In this document: piece after piece, positions 27,261 to 40,348 of the stretch | Numbering within the stretch: position 1 is the stretch's first letter | Layout: each line of letters begins with the position of its first letter | From: Octopus sinensis | Lineage: Eukaryota | Assembly (NCBI RefSeq): GCF_006345805.1 | Contig: NC_043011.1 | Span: 35,910,464-35,974,463, forward strand | Length of the DNA stretch: 64,000 bases | Direction of reading: 5' to 3' | Program-made: the position numbers and the translations under genes | The notes under the pieces: generated by a model | The model's input: only the letters and a program-made list of their open reading frames with translations | What the model was told of the DNA's origin: nothing | Database searches by the model: none

Positions 27261-29798
27261 TAGGTGGGGTCAAAACAACCATTTTTAAAGACCTTTAAAT
27301 CTACCGTATGCACATTTTCAAATAGTATTTTAGATAAAATATATGAAAATGTGACTCCACCCGTACCCCTCTCATACACCCCTCACAATTAGATAACTTA
27401 ATTTTCTATATTAATCATATAATCTCTAACACATGTATGTTAAATTGCTTATGGATATGAAACATTTGATCTTATTTCACAGTAAAAACGCTGTTTAAAA
27501 CATCTGATGAGTAAAGATAACAAAAACATCGAGATATAAGACAATTAGTAGATAGGTAACCCTCCAACACGGTAAAATTACAACGTTTCAATATGTTAAA
27601 AAGAAGTTTTAATGTATACATTTGTTAAATGATTTTCTTTTGTCTTTCAGATTATTTCTGAGCTAAATTGTATTATAATTTTACAAAAATACTTCCATAA
27701 ATTTAAACTGTAATAATTTACGTATCTAAAATTATATAATGGCAACTAGAAGTAAAAGGCGTAATTCAGCATTTGGATTTCCTGTGGAATATCCTACAGC
27801 AATGACCCTATCTAAAGGCTGGTGTATTCCGACATTATTTATACATAAGAAAACGTGAAGAACAGATATAAAAAAGAATGCTACCGGATTGTTGCTGCAG
27901 ATATGCAAACAATATGGGACAAATTTTCTTTTTCCTTATATTGGGTTTGAGGAAATTGCTCTAAAAATTGAAAGATGGATTGAATCTGCTTATAATTTAA
28001 ACACAATACCTATCAAGCAAAGAGAAGAGGAGATGGTTTTGATAAGAAATTAGAAGAACTCAATGAAACGTTTGATGTATGCACCTGCTCGCATTATGAC
28101 AAACAAATAAAAGAGATCTGGCTGTAGTTGCGACATAAGAACACCAGCAATGGAATGGGAATTATTTGTTGGACAGAAAAAAAAGCTTAATCAGTTAGAA
28201 CCTGTAGACAGAGAAATAACGTCAGGTAGAAAAAGAACTGCAGAAAGAGCGCAAATATTTGGAAAAAAGAAGGCAAAGATGCGCTTAGACATGGACTTTG
28301 CTTCAACTAGTTATCAGCGCACAAGTGATATTAATGAGGATAGTTGTGATTCATGTGACAATGATGACAATGACATCGACTTTGTTCCTGAGAATGAACT
28401 TAAAGAAAACCAAGAAAACAGATTTACTTATCAGAATAAAGCCATCACGACAGATAAATATCGGGTAAGTTGCAGAGCTGCTGCTCCCACTGTTAATGCA
28501 GCTTTGAGAGATATGGGAACTTTAAATGATACAAATACGCTAGATAAGTAAAATGTTGAAAAAGAAAGAAAAGAGTTGTGAAAAAACGAGATAATAAAAA
28601 TGAAAACAGAAAATACAAAACTCGACTGCATCAGTTTTGATGGAAGAAACGATGAAACTAAAACAACAAGAGCACTATGTTATTGTGAAAGAGCCTGGTG
28701 ATGAGTATTTAGATCACGTTTCCCCAGATAATGGAACAGCTCGTTGCATTGCAGAAGAAATTATTACTTTTTTAATTGATTCTGACCGTGAAGAAAATTT
28801 AAAGGCTGTATTGTGATGGTATTCCAGTAAACACTTGTCATTTAGAAGGGGTAATTAAAATAATTGAATTATACTTAAATAAGCCACTTCAGTGGCTGAT
28901 ATGTCTTCTACATACAAATGAGCCTCCATTTCGACACGTAATTAGCACCATAGATGGAAAGACAACAGGAGCATGAACATCAAAAGGCTTAATTGGCAAT
29001 GAAATTAAAGATGCAACAAAGACATCAAATTTTCTTCTGTAAAAACTAAAGTGAAGGAATTGCCATTAGAAGTTGCCGATTCTTTAAGCTCAGATCAAAA
29101 ATATTTGTATGAAATGTGCCTCAGTATTGATACAGGGTTTATTTCTGAGCAGTTAGTAGCAAGATAACCTTGTAAAATCCATCATGCAAGGTGGCTAACA
29201 CATGCAAACAAAAGTCTTTGCTTATATGTTTCCGAAAAATGTCCCCAAAAGAATATTATGGATCTTGTTAAAATCATAACGCAGGTTTAAGCTCCAAAAT
29301 GGTTCTGGATTAAATCTTACTCAAAGTTACATGAAATAGCAAGTAATTTTTAGTATTTGGCACATCTAATGCAAGATACGAACCAAGATAATATAGAAAT
29401 AATGGATGAATCGTTAAAAACTAATTCGTATTTTGCCCATCCGGAGTATATTTTACTGCCAATGTTGAATGATGGAAGAAGACAAATTAGGAAAATAACA
29501 ATTCAGCGAATTATTAAACCAAGAACATTTCCCCGAATGCCGGTGAAGAGTTTAGAAATTTCGAACTGCTAAGCAAAATTAATTTTGAACCAGTGGATTA
29601 TGTTGATTTCATTAACTGGGAAAATGAATTTAAAACATCCCTTCCAGTTTTACGGAACTTTACAAATCTTGATCTTCTTAAAGCTCGTTCAGAACCATTA
29701 ACAGCAATACCTCTTCCTTGTCGAGTATGCCAAGATGTCGAGTATGCTGTCAATTTAGTGACAAAAGTTTCTAAAGTCAGAATAGGCTACGAAGATTG
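27261..29798 (+). mobile_element. Decayed hAT-superfamily (hATm-like) transposon, right end missing
   Basis: Left end TAGGTGGGGTC; ATG 27739; motifs CISFDGRNDET, IVKEPGDEYLDHV, CDGIPVNT, QWLICLLHTNE (CxxH), LSSDQKYL, HARWLT, YFAHPEYILL, PC..QDVEYAVNLVT. Confidence 0.8.
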
Positions 29799-29819
29799 AC
29801 ACAAATTCATATTAAATGT

Positions 29820-30345
29820 GTCATGGATCCACACTTCACTGAGTCTGGCTTGAAGATCGACACAAAGGAGTTTCTGAATATCCTGAAGAACTCTCTGTTA
29901 CCCTGGATGGAGCAGAAGCTTGGGCTTGACAGCGTGATGCTTATCCAGGATTCTGCACCATACCATGGGTCAAAAGCAACACGAGCCTTCCTTGGTGAGA
30001 AGGCACCATTTTGTTGTGAGGATCAACATCGGGCCAAGTAATAGCTCAGACCTCAACCTTCTTGATTACTTTTTATGGGGTGTAATTGAAGCAAGGACTA
30101 ATGCTTCACCACATTCGAGTATCAAAACTTGCATCTTGCGTGCGACGCGCAAAATCAAAAAGCTGGTAGTTGCGGCAGCTGCAAAAAATTTCGTTCTCGT
30201 GTGGAGCAGTAATTGCCCGAAAGGGCGGCCTTATTGAGTGATAGGTGACACATTAAAATTATATATGTTTACTACCAATTATTTTAGTATTTATAACCAG
30301 TTCTAGGCATCGTAAAAATTGTCTCACTTCATTTGCAAGACCCTG
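29820..30345 (+). mobile_element. 3' half of a second DD37D (maT) transposon family
   Basis: IQDSAPYHGSK...SSDLNLLDYFLWG with 37-residue spacing after one frameshift; right TIR revcomp CAGGGTCTTGCAAATGAAGTGAGAC followed by TA. Confidence 0.85.
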
Positions 30346-30430
30346 TATATATACACATATATATCCATATACACACGTGTATATATTTATATACATACAC
30401 ACACACATATGTATATATATATATATACGA

Positions 30431-30524
<94 letters not shown>

Positions 30525-30644
30525 CTTTTGATGTGATGTACCGATATTGTATATTGAGAATTATAAGGCAGTTAGAATGTTGGATGATTAGATATATTTT
30601 TATTTACAGTTTGGGCACTCAAAATGTAAATAGTATATATATAT

Positions 30645-30832
30645 TCTTTTATTTGTTTAAGTCATGTAACTGCGGCTGTGCTGGAGCACCACCTTTAGTC
30701 GAACAAATCGACCCCAGTACTTATTCTTTGTAAGCCTAATACTTATTCTATCGGTCTCTTTTGCCGAACCGCTAGGTTAAGCAGTTATTAAGCGATGGTG
30801 GGGGGGACAAAGACAGACACACAAACATATAC
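30645..30832 (-). mobile_element. SINE family B tail
   Basis: GCTGGAGCACCACCTTTAGTCGAACAAATCGACCCCAG. Confidence 0.8.
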
Positions 30833-30896
30833 AGATACATGCATATATATATATATATTCATACATGTATATATATATATATAATATATATATATA

Positions 30897-30967
<71 letters not shown>

Positions 30968-31133
30968 TTGTACATATATATATATATTATATATATATAT
31001 AATTAATTAATAAGGGTGAGAGAATTAGATACTAATTTAATAGTATATCTATTCAACACCAAGTGGCCTAGTGCACCGAGAAAACTGGATTATTATAATA
31101 TTTTATAATATATTATAATATTTTTACAAAATA

Positions 31134-31290
31134 ATATAAGAGAGTGGTCACTATATGGCTCACTCTAGCACCAGTTAATCCAAAAGGTTTCAACCACAAA
31201 AATACATGTATTTTTACATGTATTTTGTGGTTGAAACCTTTTGGATTAACTGGTGCTAGAGTGAGCCATATAGTGACGACTCTCTTATAT
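31134..31290. repeat. Near-perfect hairpin, ~76-bp arms with 4-nt loop
   Basis: 31134-31210 vs 31215-31290: one mismatch and one indel. Confidence 0.95.
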
Positions 31291-31325
31291 TTATTTTATA
31301 TATATATATATACATTTGTACATAT

Positions 31326-31394
<69 letters not shown>

Positions 31395-31436
31395 TATATA
31401 CATATACATATCATATATGTATATAGTGACTTTAGT

Positions 31437-31760
31437 GACCCCCTTCGGTCAGACACTGACCATGGGTTTGCACCTAGGGAGTTACCCTCTGAGGCACAAG
31501 TCTGGGCAAGGTTGTTTTATGGAAGACCAGCAGTCGCCCATGCATACCGGCCTCCCCTCTCCACGTCACCGATGTTATCCAAGGGAAAGGCAAGGGCCGA
31601 TACAGCTTGGCACCTGTGACGTCGCAACTCATTTCTACAGCTGAGTGAACTGGAGCAACGTGAAATAAAGTGTCTTGCTCAAGAACACAACACGCAGCCC
31701 GGTCCGGGATTCAAGCTCACAACCTCACGATCGTAAGCTCGACGCTCTAACCACTGAGCC
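31437..31760 (-). mobile_element. SINE family C
   Basis: Collinear with the other family C copies. Confidence 0.88.
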
Positions 31761-33656
31761 ACACATATATATATATACATATACATATATAGATTTACAT
31801 AAACACTCGCACACACACACACAAACACAAAGACACACACACATATATAATATTACGACTGCCACTATTTACTCATGCGCACAACCGCTCAACCAGCATG
31901 CATACTTTTTCAACTAATAAGTTGACTACCACATAGTCGCTCGCCTTCTTAAAGATAGTACCAAAGTCAGTCGTTCCACTAAAAAACGAACTCTAAAATA
32001 TAAAATAAATAATTATGAATAAATATTATAAATGGAATAATATTGGAATAATACAGAAAAACTGCGTGCCTTTGGTGATTTACCTGTTCGACCGAGGTTG
32101 TAATAGAGTTAAAGAACAATGTTCGCAATAAGGTGAACAACAACGACCAGTGTGCTTATTAATTTGAAAGTACTTGAAATTGACGTAGATTATTTCTTTC
32201 TGATTGGTTCTTTAAAGTAGAAAGTGACACGGATAAATTTAGGTATAAATCTAAAGACATTTGCGCCATAAACGGACACGAACTTTGTTGTGACTTAGAT
32301 GTAGCGACGTGCCTAATTAAAACACAATGTCGAGAGATTTTCAAACTGTCTCCATTCACTGAGATCGAGACCAATCACGATCGGAACTACAAAAAGTTGG
32401 AAATCTGTCTATTATTATTAATACAATCATCGCACACAGGCTTCATTGAACGCCATATTTTCGCCAAAGACTTTTAATTTTGACACCTAAATCATCATAA
32501 AAGCGATTTAATGTTTTCACTACAATTTTCGGTCTCAACCTACTAATATATCTAGTCGTAAAATATTATTGTCATCGCTACTATTACCATATTTTTAGTA
32601 CATTTATCTTGTACCTAGTCAAATGAATTCACCATCATCATTATTATCATCATCATCATCATCATCATTGTCATCACCCCCACCACCATTCTCCGCGTCA
32701 TCATGAATATCATAGTTTTCATTGTTATTTTTGTTGTCGCTTGCTAGTTTTGAGCGAACTTTGTAAAACTATTCCTGCTTTGTAAGACAGAACATATTGA
32801 TTTCTAAGAATTGTCACTTTTATGGTAATGTTGTCTTGCTGGCATTTTGATCAAGAAACGCCGGCTGCACAGATGTTTCTGTGTGTGTAATGATTTTGTG
32901 TTCAAGGCTAGTACTAAAACGCAGCGAAAGCCACTTCGTTTTCCTGTTTACTAACGGACTGTAGTAAGATACTAAAACTAAAAGCAATAAAAGCTACGTG
33001 TCTTTTATTTGTTTGATTATGGCGATTTTCAGTTTATGTCGATGCTCAAAGTGAATTATACACGAGAAACACAGACATATAACTATTACAGTATAGCATC
33101 AAAAATATTTGGTTTAATCATCGGGATAAATAAATAGCAATTTTTGGTACCACCCGCCCGCCCGCCCGCTCATACTGACTCCGCATGTCGCCGACGAATT
33201 CCATTGAAATGCATGTCACGGATTTCAGTTGCTGCCGTTTGGTTAGACATTTGTACACAATTTGAAATAATCATTCTCAACTGAAATCAACGAACATTGT
33301 ACTCTTTTATATTCAGGAATATCAATACAGAAATGAAAGTACGTAAAGTACAAAAGGAAGTTAGTGTAGTGTATTATGTTGTTGTTTTTGTCTCGTACTA
33401 GACCAAGCTTAAGTGAGCTGACACAGTCAGTGAGGTTCCATCTATAATCATCCTCAATTTTAAATATATAATGTACACACAAACACACACACACACAGAT
33501 ATACACACACACACATGCAATACCTATATGTGTGTGCGTGTATGAATATGTGTGTGTATGTGTGTATAGCCAATTCAAATAAACGAAAAATAAAATTAAC
33601 AACGGGGAATGTACACAAAGAATGTATTAGTTTGACGTTCAGTAAAAAGAGATAAA

Positions 33657-33691
33657 TTTTGACGTTTCGAGCATAGCTCTTCGTCGAATAA
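33657..33691 (-). ncRNA. Degenerate minimal hammerhead motif in a Penelope-like terminal fragment (33600-33740)
   Basis: Revcomp TTAT-TCGACGA-A-GAGC(TAT)GCTC-GAAACGTC-AAAA; C3/U4 altered; same helix II arms as 14434. Confidence 0.4.
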
Positions 33692-33929
33692 GAGAAAGGG
33701 AAAAGTCAAATAAGGAAAAGAAATCGCCAACGGCACCTGTGTAGTTACATTGTCATATATATGCGCACGCGTATGTGTACCATGGTCTCTCCTGTTGTTA
33801 AACGAAATATGAGGGTTCTGTAATTTCTTAGTGAACAACCATACAGATGGTTTCTTTATAGGAATCGAATGTTTATGTACACATGATCTCACCCTTTCCA
33901 TCAAACCGACATTATCTGGACAGGTGCAC

Positions 33930-34082
33930 GACGTGCCATATGTAAGGTGACGAAATGATCGCAGAACAACGTGAAATGAAGTGTTTTGCTGAAGAACTCA
34001 ACCCAACACCCGGTCTGGGAATCGAAACCACGATTTCGCAAATCGTGTGCGCAACGCTCTAACCACTAAGCCAAGCACCTCC
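33930..34082 (-). mobile_element. SINE family C-like head and core
   Basis: GAACAACGTGAAATGAAGTGTTTTGCTGAAG..GCAACGCTCTAACCACTAAGCCA. Confidence 0.7.
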
Positions 34083-34087
34083 ATGCA

Positions 34088-34304
34088 CGAAAAGATGCTG
34101 AAAAGTGTCTGACTTTCAGACTATTGCGAAAGGCCTGGCTGGAGGCCCAACCTTCCAAGTTCTTTTACGGTGCTTAGAAAAACTGGAAGACCGCTGCAAT
34201 AAATGCATGAAACTGAGAGGGGAATATGTTGGATAAAATCATAATTAACTGATTCTCCTGTATTTTCTTTCATCAAAAGACAAGACCTTTTCAGCAACCG
34301 CTCG
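34088..34304 (+). mobile_element. Mariner-derived MITE retaining the last transposase codons
   Basis: TIRs ..GCTGAAAAG / CTTTTCAGCAACCGCTCG-TA; internal LRKLEDRCNKCMKLRGEYVG*. Confidence 0.75.
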
Positions 34305-36679
34305 TATGACGCATTCTAAGGCAGTATGGTATGACTTCAGAGAAATTTGACTCGTATATTTTGGTGATAGTCTAACATCATATAAGTTACATCATTTGTG
34401 ATGCTATATATTCAGATGTATCCTAAATGTAAGCAAGTCAGGATTATCTGCAAAACACCTATTAATGAATAAAGCAATTCATTGAATGGAACTAATCCGA
34501 AAATAAAACGATATAATGAGAAAGTTGAAGTCAATTCCTAACATATCAGTTCAACAAAAGAGACCAATAGAAAAAGTAACAGGCTAAAAATAAAGTACTG
34601 AGGTCCCAGCATGGCTGGTGTCCAATAACTGAAACAAGTAAAATATATGTGCGCGCGCACACACATACACACCGCATATATAAGTATTGTATAACACTCT
34701 GCGAAATGCACCGCCGGAGTGCTTTTAACGGAATACATGCAACATGTTCTCCGTTCTCCGGCTAACTTTCACCTTTCTTTTCTCTCCGTCCTCGGTGGCC
34801 TCTAGCAATGTCATGGAAGCTGGTCTTATTCCACTGATTAAAATATTTTAATTGTTAAATAAGTTCTTCCTTGACACCGAACCGTGTCGTAGATACGGTT
34901 TGCAAGGAAACTATCAGATATATTAAGCCACCATCGTAGTAGAGAACTGGTTTGAATGAAAACAAAATGTAAAGTGAATTATAATGAATTTCTCTGCGTA
35001 ACGTGGTATTTATAAAGACACAGGTGCTTAAGTTCGAAGCTATGGCGAGTCCAAATTTACTTTGCTATGACGCTTGTGTGTGTATATCCATGTGTGTGCG
35101 CGTCTATGCGCGTGTGTGTACGTGATATCTGTCTATCTATCTATTAATGACAACTTCACTTATGCTTCCTGAATATATACATCTAATAACCCTTTACATC
35201 ATCAAAGCCGATATTGATGCCGTATAGTTACAAATATCCTTCAGGAGAGATTTATTGATCCATCAACAACAGCTGCAAATCCTGTTTACTGATGTACATC
35301 TTATTCTAATTCTTGGTATTAAAGTGCAGATTTATATGTAAGAATCTGATTCAATCAATCAATATTGCATATGTATGACGCAAAGTGCAATAAAATGAGA
35401 CAGCCGATCAAATGTTTGTAATCAGAAGTGCTGGTCGATGGCTGACCAGATTCTTGTAATGTTACGGAAGAGACAAATGGGAGATGCGATGATTCATTGC
35501 ATTTGCCTTGAAAGATATCAGCAAAACTCCTACGAATTGCACTCTAGCTTTCCAAAAAAGTAATGTATTTTCAATGCTGTAGTCATTGATACGCTATATT
35601 TAGAATAAAAGAGATAACCAGGACAAGGAAAATTTTGATTAGAGGTCTGCCTGAATGCTGTTGATTTGGGTCTAAACTCACCCACATTCTAAAATTCTGT
35701 AAGGAAGTTAATATTTTACCATATGAGTGTATAATATGGAAAAAGGACCCCGTGTTTAAAGGGAAGGATATATTTGATTATATTAGCGCCAATACATATA
35801 ACTGCATTTTTATTGAAGGATCCCGGATAGGTGAAAGTCAAATTTCACTTTGGCGTAAATTGAAATTCCAACAAGGCATTCTCTCCGTTGCTCTCTCTAT
35901 CGATGGAATGGCGAAAATGTTAGATTGATAGACTGTAAATGTCTTTGGAAATTTAAGCCTCATTGTATGTATTCTACGATATAGTATCATCATAGATGAC
36001 TTCATCATTCACGACACTGCAATCGGTCGATAAAGTAAGGACCTCTAATTTATTGAGTTAAATAAACTACATTAATCTTTCTCTGAAGTTATATGATGTT
36101 GTGTCAATATTACGATCGATAAAATCAAAATGATTTGCTGTATTTAGTTACGTCTGGTGAGATTGATGTAATGGATGTCCAATCCGAATATCTACAGTTA
36201 GCTAACGGGTAGAACTGCACGAATGTCGGACAGATATTGACTTCTTTGGGATAATCGATTTTGCTCTCTATGTTGTGAGTTCAAATTCCGTCGATATTAA
36301 CTTTGCCTTTCATCCTATCGGGGTCGATAAATAAAGATACTACTCCAATGCTGGGGTCAATTCTTCGCTTTGTTTTTGTTTATCTACTTTCTCTCTTCTG
36401 GAAGAAACGGACTTTTGTAAGACTGGAGTGGGGATGGATTCCTAAAAGAGTCTAAGTCTCTCTCAATGAGTAGAGAGCCCAAGGACGTCTTTAGAGATAT
36501 CAAGAACGAGGTCAGAAGCTACAATATGGTTCTGATGCTTGTAGGGGAACGAACTACGCTAAAGACCCCCAAAGTAAAGAAAGAACACCGCACCAAGTGT
36601 GTAATTAGGCATGAAAAAGTTAAAGATTTTGTTATGTCGTGGGTACACACGTTCAGTGTAAAATGATATTACACAAATA

Positions 36680-36844
36680 GGCGCAGGAGTGGCTGTGTGG
36701 TAAGTAGCTTGCTAACCAACCACATGGTTCCGGGTTCAGTCCCACTGCGTGGCATCTTGGGCAAGTGTCTTCTGCTATAGCCCCGGACCGACCAATGCCT
36801 TGTGAGTGGATTTGGTAGACGGAAACTGAAAGAAGCCTGTCGTA

Positions 36845-36882
<38 letters not shown>

Positions 36883-36912
36883 CGTGTGTGTGTTTGTGTG
36901 TCTGTGTTTGTA
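36680..36912 (+). mobile_element. SINE family B head and core
   Basis: GGCGCAGGAGTGGCTGTGTGGTAAGTAGCTTGC..GGTTCAGTCCC..TTGGGCAAGTGTCTT. Confidence 0.88.
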
Positions 36913-37517
36913 TTCACGTCGAACTAACACAGCAAACCAGCATGGCCGAACTAACACCGTCAACTACGTCCCTGACAGTTCGCTCAGTTCTTATCTATTG
37001 TAGTCGGTTAGTTCACGTTCAGTCGCGTGGGTGTGTTCAGAATTCTCCCATAACAGATTTGAACAAAACAAAAGCTACAAAGGCGTGGCGGTCATATTTT
37101 TCTTCACAAGAACTTGTGGATTGGCAGAAGCTATTCCAACATGCAATGTGTGTTACATATAATACATTCACGATAACGAAAATTTCTTATTCCCCCACAA
37201 AAAATCTCTCATCAGTCCCTTTTTCTCTTATGTATTTTTGCCTATAACAGGAAAAGGCTTATTAATTTACGACATTGTGCAAAGGAAAGAAACGGAAAAG
37301 TAAAAACCGTAATAAGATTTATTCTTTTCTCTTAACAAGAATTGATGCATTATGGGTAGGGAAAACGTTGACAAGGTGCGAGTTCTTTTAGTTGTTGTTT
37401 AATGCTGGAAGTTAGAGAAGAAAGAGAAACGAATAAATCAAAATCCTTGACAATAATGGCGAGTTATTTTAATAAGCTGTCTGGTAAGCTAACGTCAGCA
37501 GCAAATAAATAGGGTTG

Positions 37518-37636
<119 letters not shown>

Positions 37637-37786
37637 TCTGTTGCTGCCTCTGCTGCTGCTACTGCTACGACTACCTCATTAATAATCATCTAACTTGCCA
37701 TCGTAAAAAACTGTTAAATTACACCCCTTTCCGCATTTATTTTCACACTTACATGCACACACACACACACACACACACGCACACTC

Positions 37787-37826
<40 letters not shown>

Positions 37827-38174
37827 CACACACACACAACGTGCATGCATGCAAGAGAACCGGTAAGATTTGAATTTAAAAAGCAACAAATTACCAGACA
37901 AAAATTCTCAATAGGAAACGTAATCGAGTACTATATATTAAAATTCACAAAAACAAGACAAAAACAGAACACCTTTTTTCAAAATTCTGTCGCTTTTCGT
38001 TCGTTTGATGTTTATTTACTCACTTATTTATTTATTCATTTATGGTACAATGTCCAGTAGATTTTAGTCACGGAATAAAACATGATTTCCTAATAAGTCA
38101 TAAACAGTACACATTTTGATTAGAAAAAGGATACATAAAACACACGAACAAACACACACATAGACAGAATCTAA

Positions 38175-38490
38175 TACTAAAGACGTCATAGAAGAAGAAG
38201 GCAGCAACTACACCACCCCCTGCGTAAACACCTAAAGCTCCACGAGGCCCCGGCAGAGGGTGGTGGCGACCCTTGTTGTACTCTTTCGTTCCAACTTTCT
38301 CTCACTCTTTCCTCCTGTTTCTTGTCTCCGACTTCCTTCGCAACCGCTGAGCCTGGATGCGCATTCATTCATCCGTCGATGCTCTCGGTGTCGGGGGTTG
38401 ACCTGCTTTCTCTTCTGCGGGTCTTACGAATAGCAAAGGACCACGTATCGGACTTCTCCCACTAACGGGACGAAGACCGCTTCGCTCAAC
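38175..38490 (+). mobile_element. SINE family D body, composite
   Basis: AAAGCTCCACGAGGCCCCGGCAGAGGGTGGTGG..CTTTCTCTCACTCTTTC. Confidence 0.7.
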
Positions 38491-38503
38491 AAACAAACAA
38501 AGC

Positions 38504-38535
<32 letters not shown>

Positions 38536-39019
38536 CTAGAAAAGAACTCGGAGAGCGCAGACCTCCGCCAAGCAGCTCATTTCCGCCTATATACACGCAT
38601 TGCTGAAAATCGCCCAATTTTCCAAACCAACGCCAGCAAAAACATAACCTCCTTGGCGAGGATAAAAAGAAATAACACAACCATATGATTTTAAGAAAAC
38701 AAATACCTTTAAAAACAGGAATCATCTGAAGCAGTTCACAACCACCAACGTCATCAGCAGCATTGTCATTGCTTCCACTTCAACCACATACACAGCCATC
38801 AATGTTATCATGATGGTTGCCTTGACAGTCACTTTCACCACCACAACCAGTATAACCACTGCAATACCATCATCACACAACTAATACTATTATCAACACC
38901 ACTGTTACCACCATCACCTCAGCATCACACATCACACCACTCCTGTCGCCATTATAACCACCGATACTATTTTATCCTCTCTCATACTTATCTCGACCAT
39001 CGTCATCATCAGCACAGTA

Positions 39020-39313
39020 TCTAAACAGCAACGCCCCCATAGGTTATGTGGAAACGATGTGTTTTCAAGGGAGATAATCAAAGAACGTAACATTGTAATA
39101 TTTCATGTAAAGTAAATAGAACAAATGAAAAGTCCTTCAAGAATCCATAAAAATTCCCGGACCACTACCAAAATTTCATCATCTGTTTCTTGAGTCATTA
39201 CCAACGTTTCCTGCAAGTTTCATTAAATACCATTCCCAACATTTTAAGTTATTTTGCACACAGACGGACGAACCAACACCGATGAAAACATAACCCCTTC
39301 CTTGTCGGATTAA
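39020..39313 (+). mobile_element. Non-autonomous Helentron-like fragment
   Basis: AAGTTTCATTAAA..ACAGACGGACG..GATGAAAACATAACC and a decayed 3' hairpin; a related 3' end AAAACATAACCTCCTTGGCGAGG lies at about 38640-38665. Confidence 0.45.
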
Positions 39314-39325
39314 CAAGCGTAATAA

Positions 39326-39555
39326 TACTCCTTTCTGCCATGAGCATAAAGCTTGAAATTTTAGGGGAAGGGGATGAGCCCAGGGCTCAACTGGTACTTG
39401 TTTTATTGATCCCAAAATCCTGAAAGGCAAAGCCGACTTGAGCGGTATTTGAACTCAGAACGTAAAGACGGACGAAATGCCGCTAAGCATTTTATCGGGT
39501 GTCGTGACAATTCTGCCAGCTCACCGCCTTGATAATAATAATGATAATAATAATA

Positions 39556-39589
<34 letters not shown>

Positions 39590-40048
39590 CCTTTCTGCTT
39601 TGGCCACAAAGCCTGAAATTTTGGGGAGGCGGTAAGTCGACTACATCGACTCCAGTAGGCAACTGGTACTTAATTCATAAAGGCGGAGAGCTGGCAGAAT
39701 CGTTAGCACGCTGAGTGAAATGCTTATTGGTATTTCGTCTGCCGTTACGTTCTGAGTTCAAATTCCGCCGAGGTTGACTTTGCCTTTCATCCTTTCGAGG
39801 TCGATAAATTAAGTACCAGTTACGCACTGGGGTCGATGTAATCGACTTAATCCGTTTGTCTGTCCTTGTTTGTCCCCTCTGTGTTTAGCCCCTTGTGGGT
39901 AATAAAGAAATAGGTACTTAATTCATCGACCCTGAAAGAATGAAAGGCAAAGTCGACCTTGGCGGAATTTGAACTCAGAACGTAACGGCAGACGAAATAC
40001 AGCTAAGCATTTTTTTCCCAGCGTACTAACGTTTCTGCCAGCTCACCG
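39326..40048. mobile_element. Cluster of four family A SINE pieces in mixed orientation
   Basis: 39326-39529 (-), 39588-39678 (-), 39682-39910 (+), 39913-40048 (-). Confidence 0.88.

Positions 40049-40348
<300 letters not shown>

Noticed and set aside
27505-27540. CTGATGAG core half in the hAT 5' region; similar lone halves at 10084, 21893, 41730, 46172, 47263 and 51515
   Set aside because: No correctly placed GAAA or helix I/III pairing
35440-35570. Possible RTE RT remnant (DAMI..LERYQQ..LH); similar weak RTE-like tail at 51605-51820
   Set aside because: Similarity too weak to call by eye
38740-39015. Thr/Ile/His-rich mucin-like reading
   Set aside because: Degenerate (CAC/CAT)n cryptic simple repeat with stops
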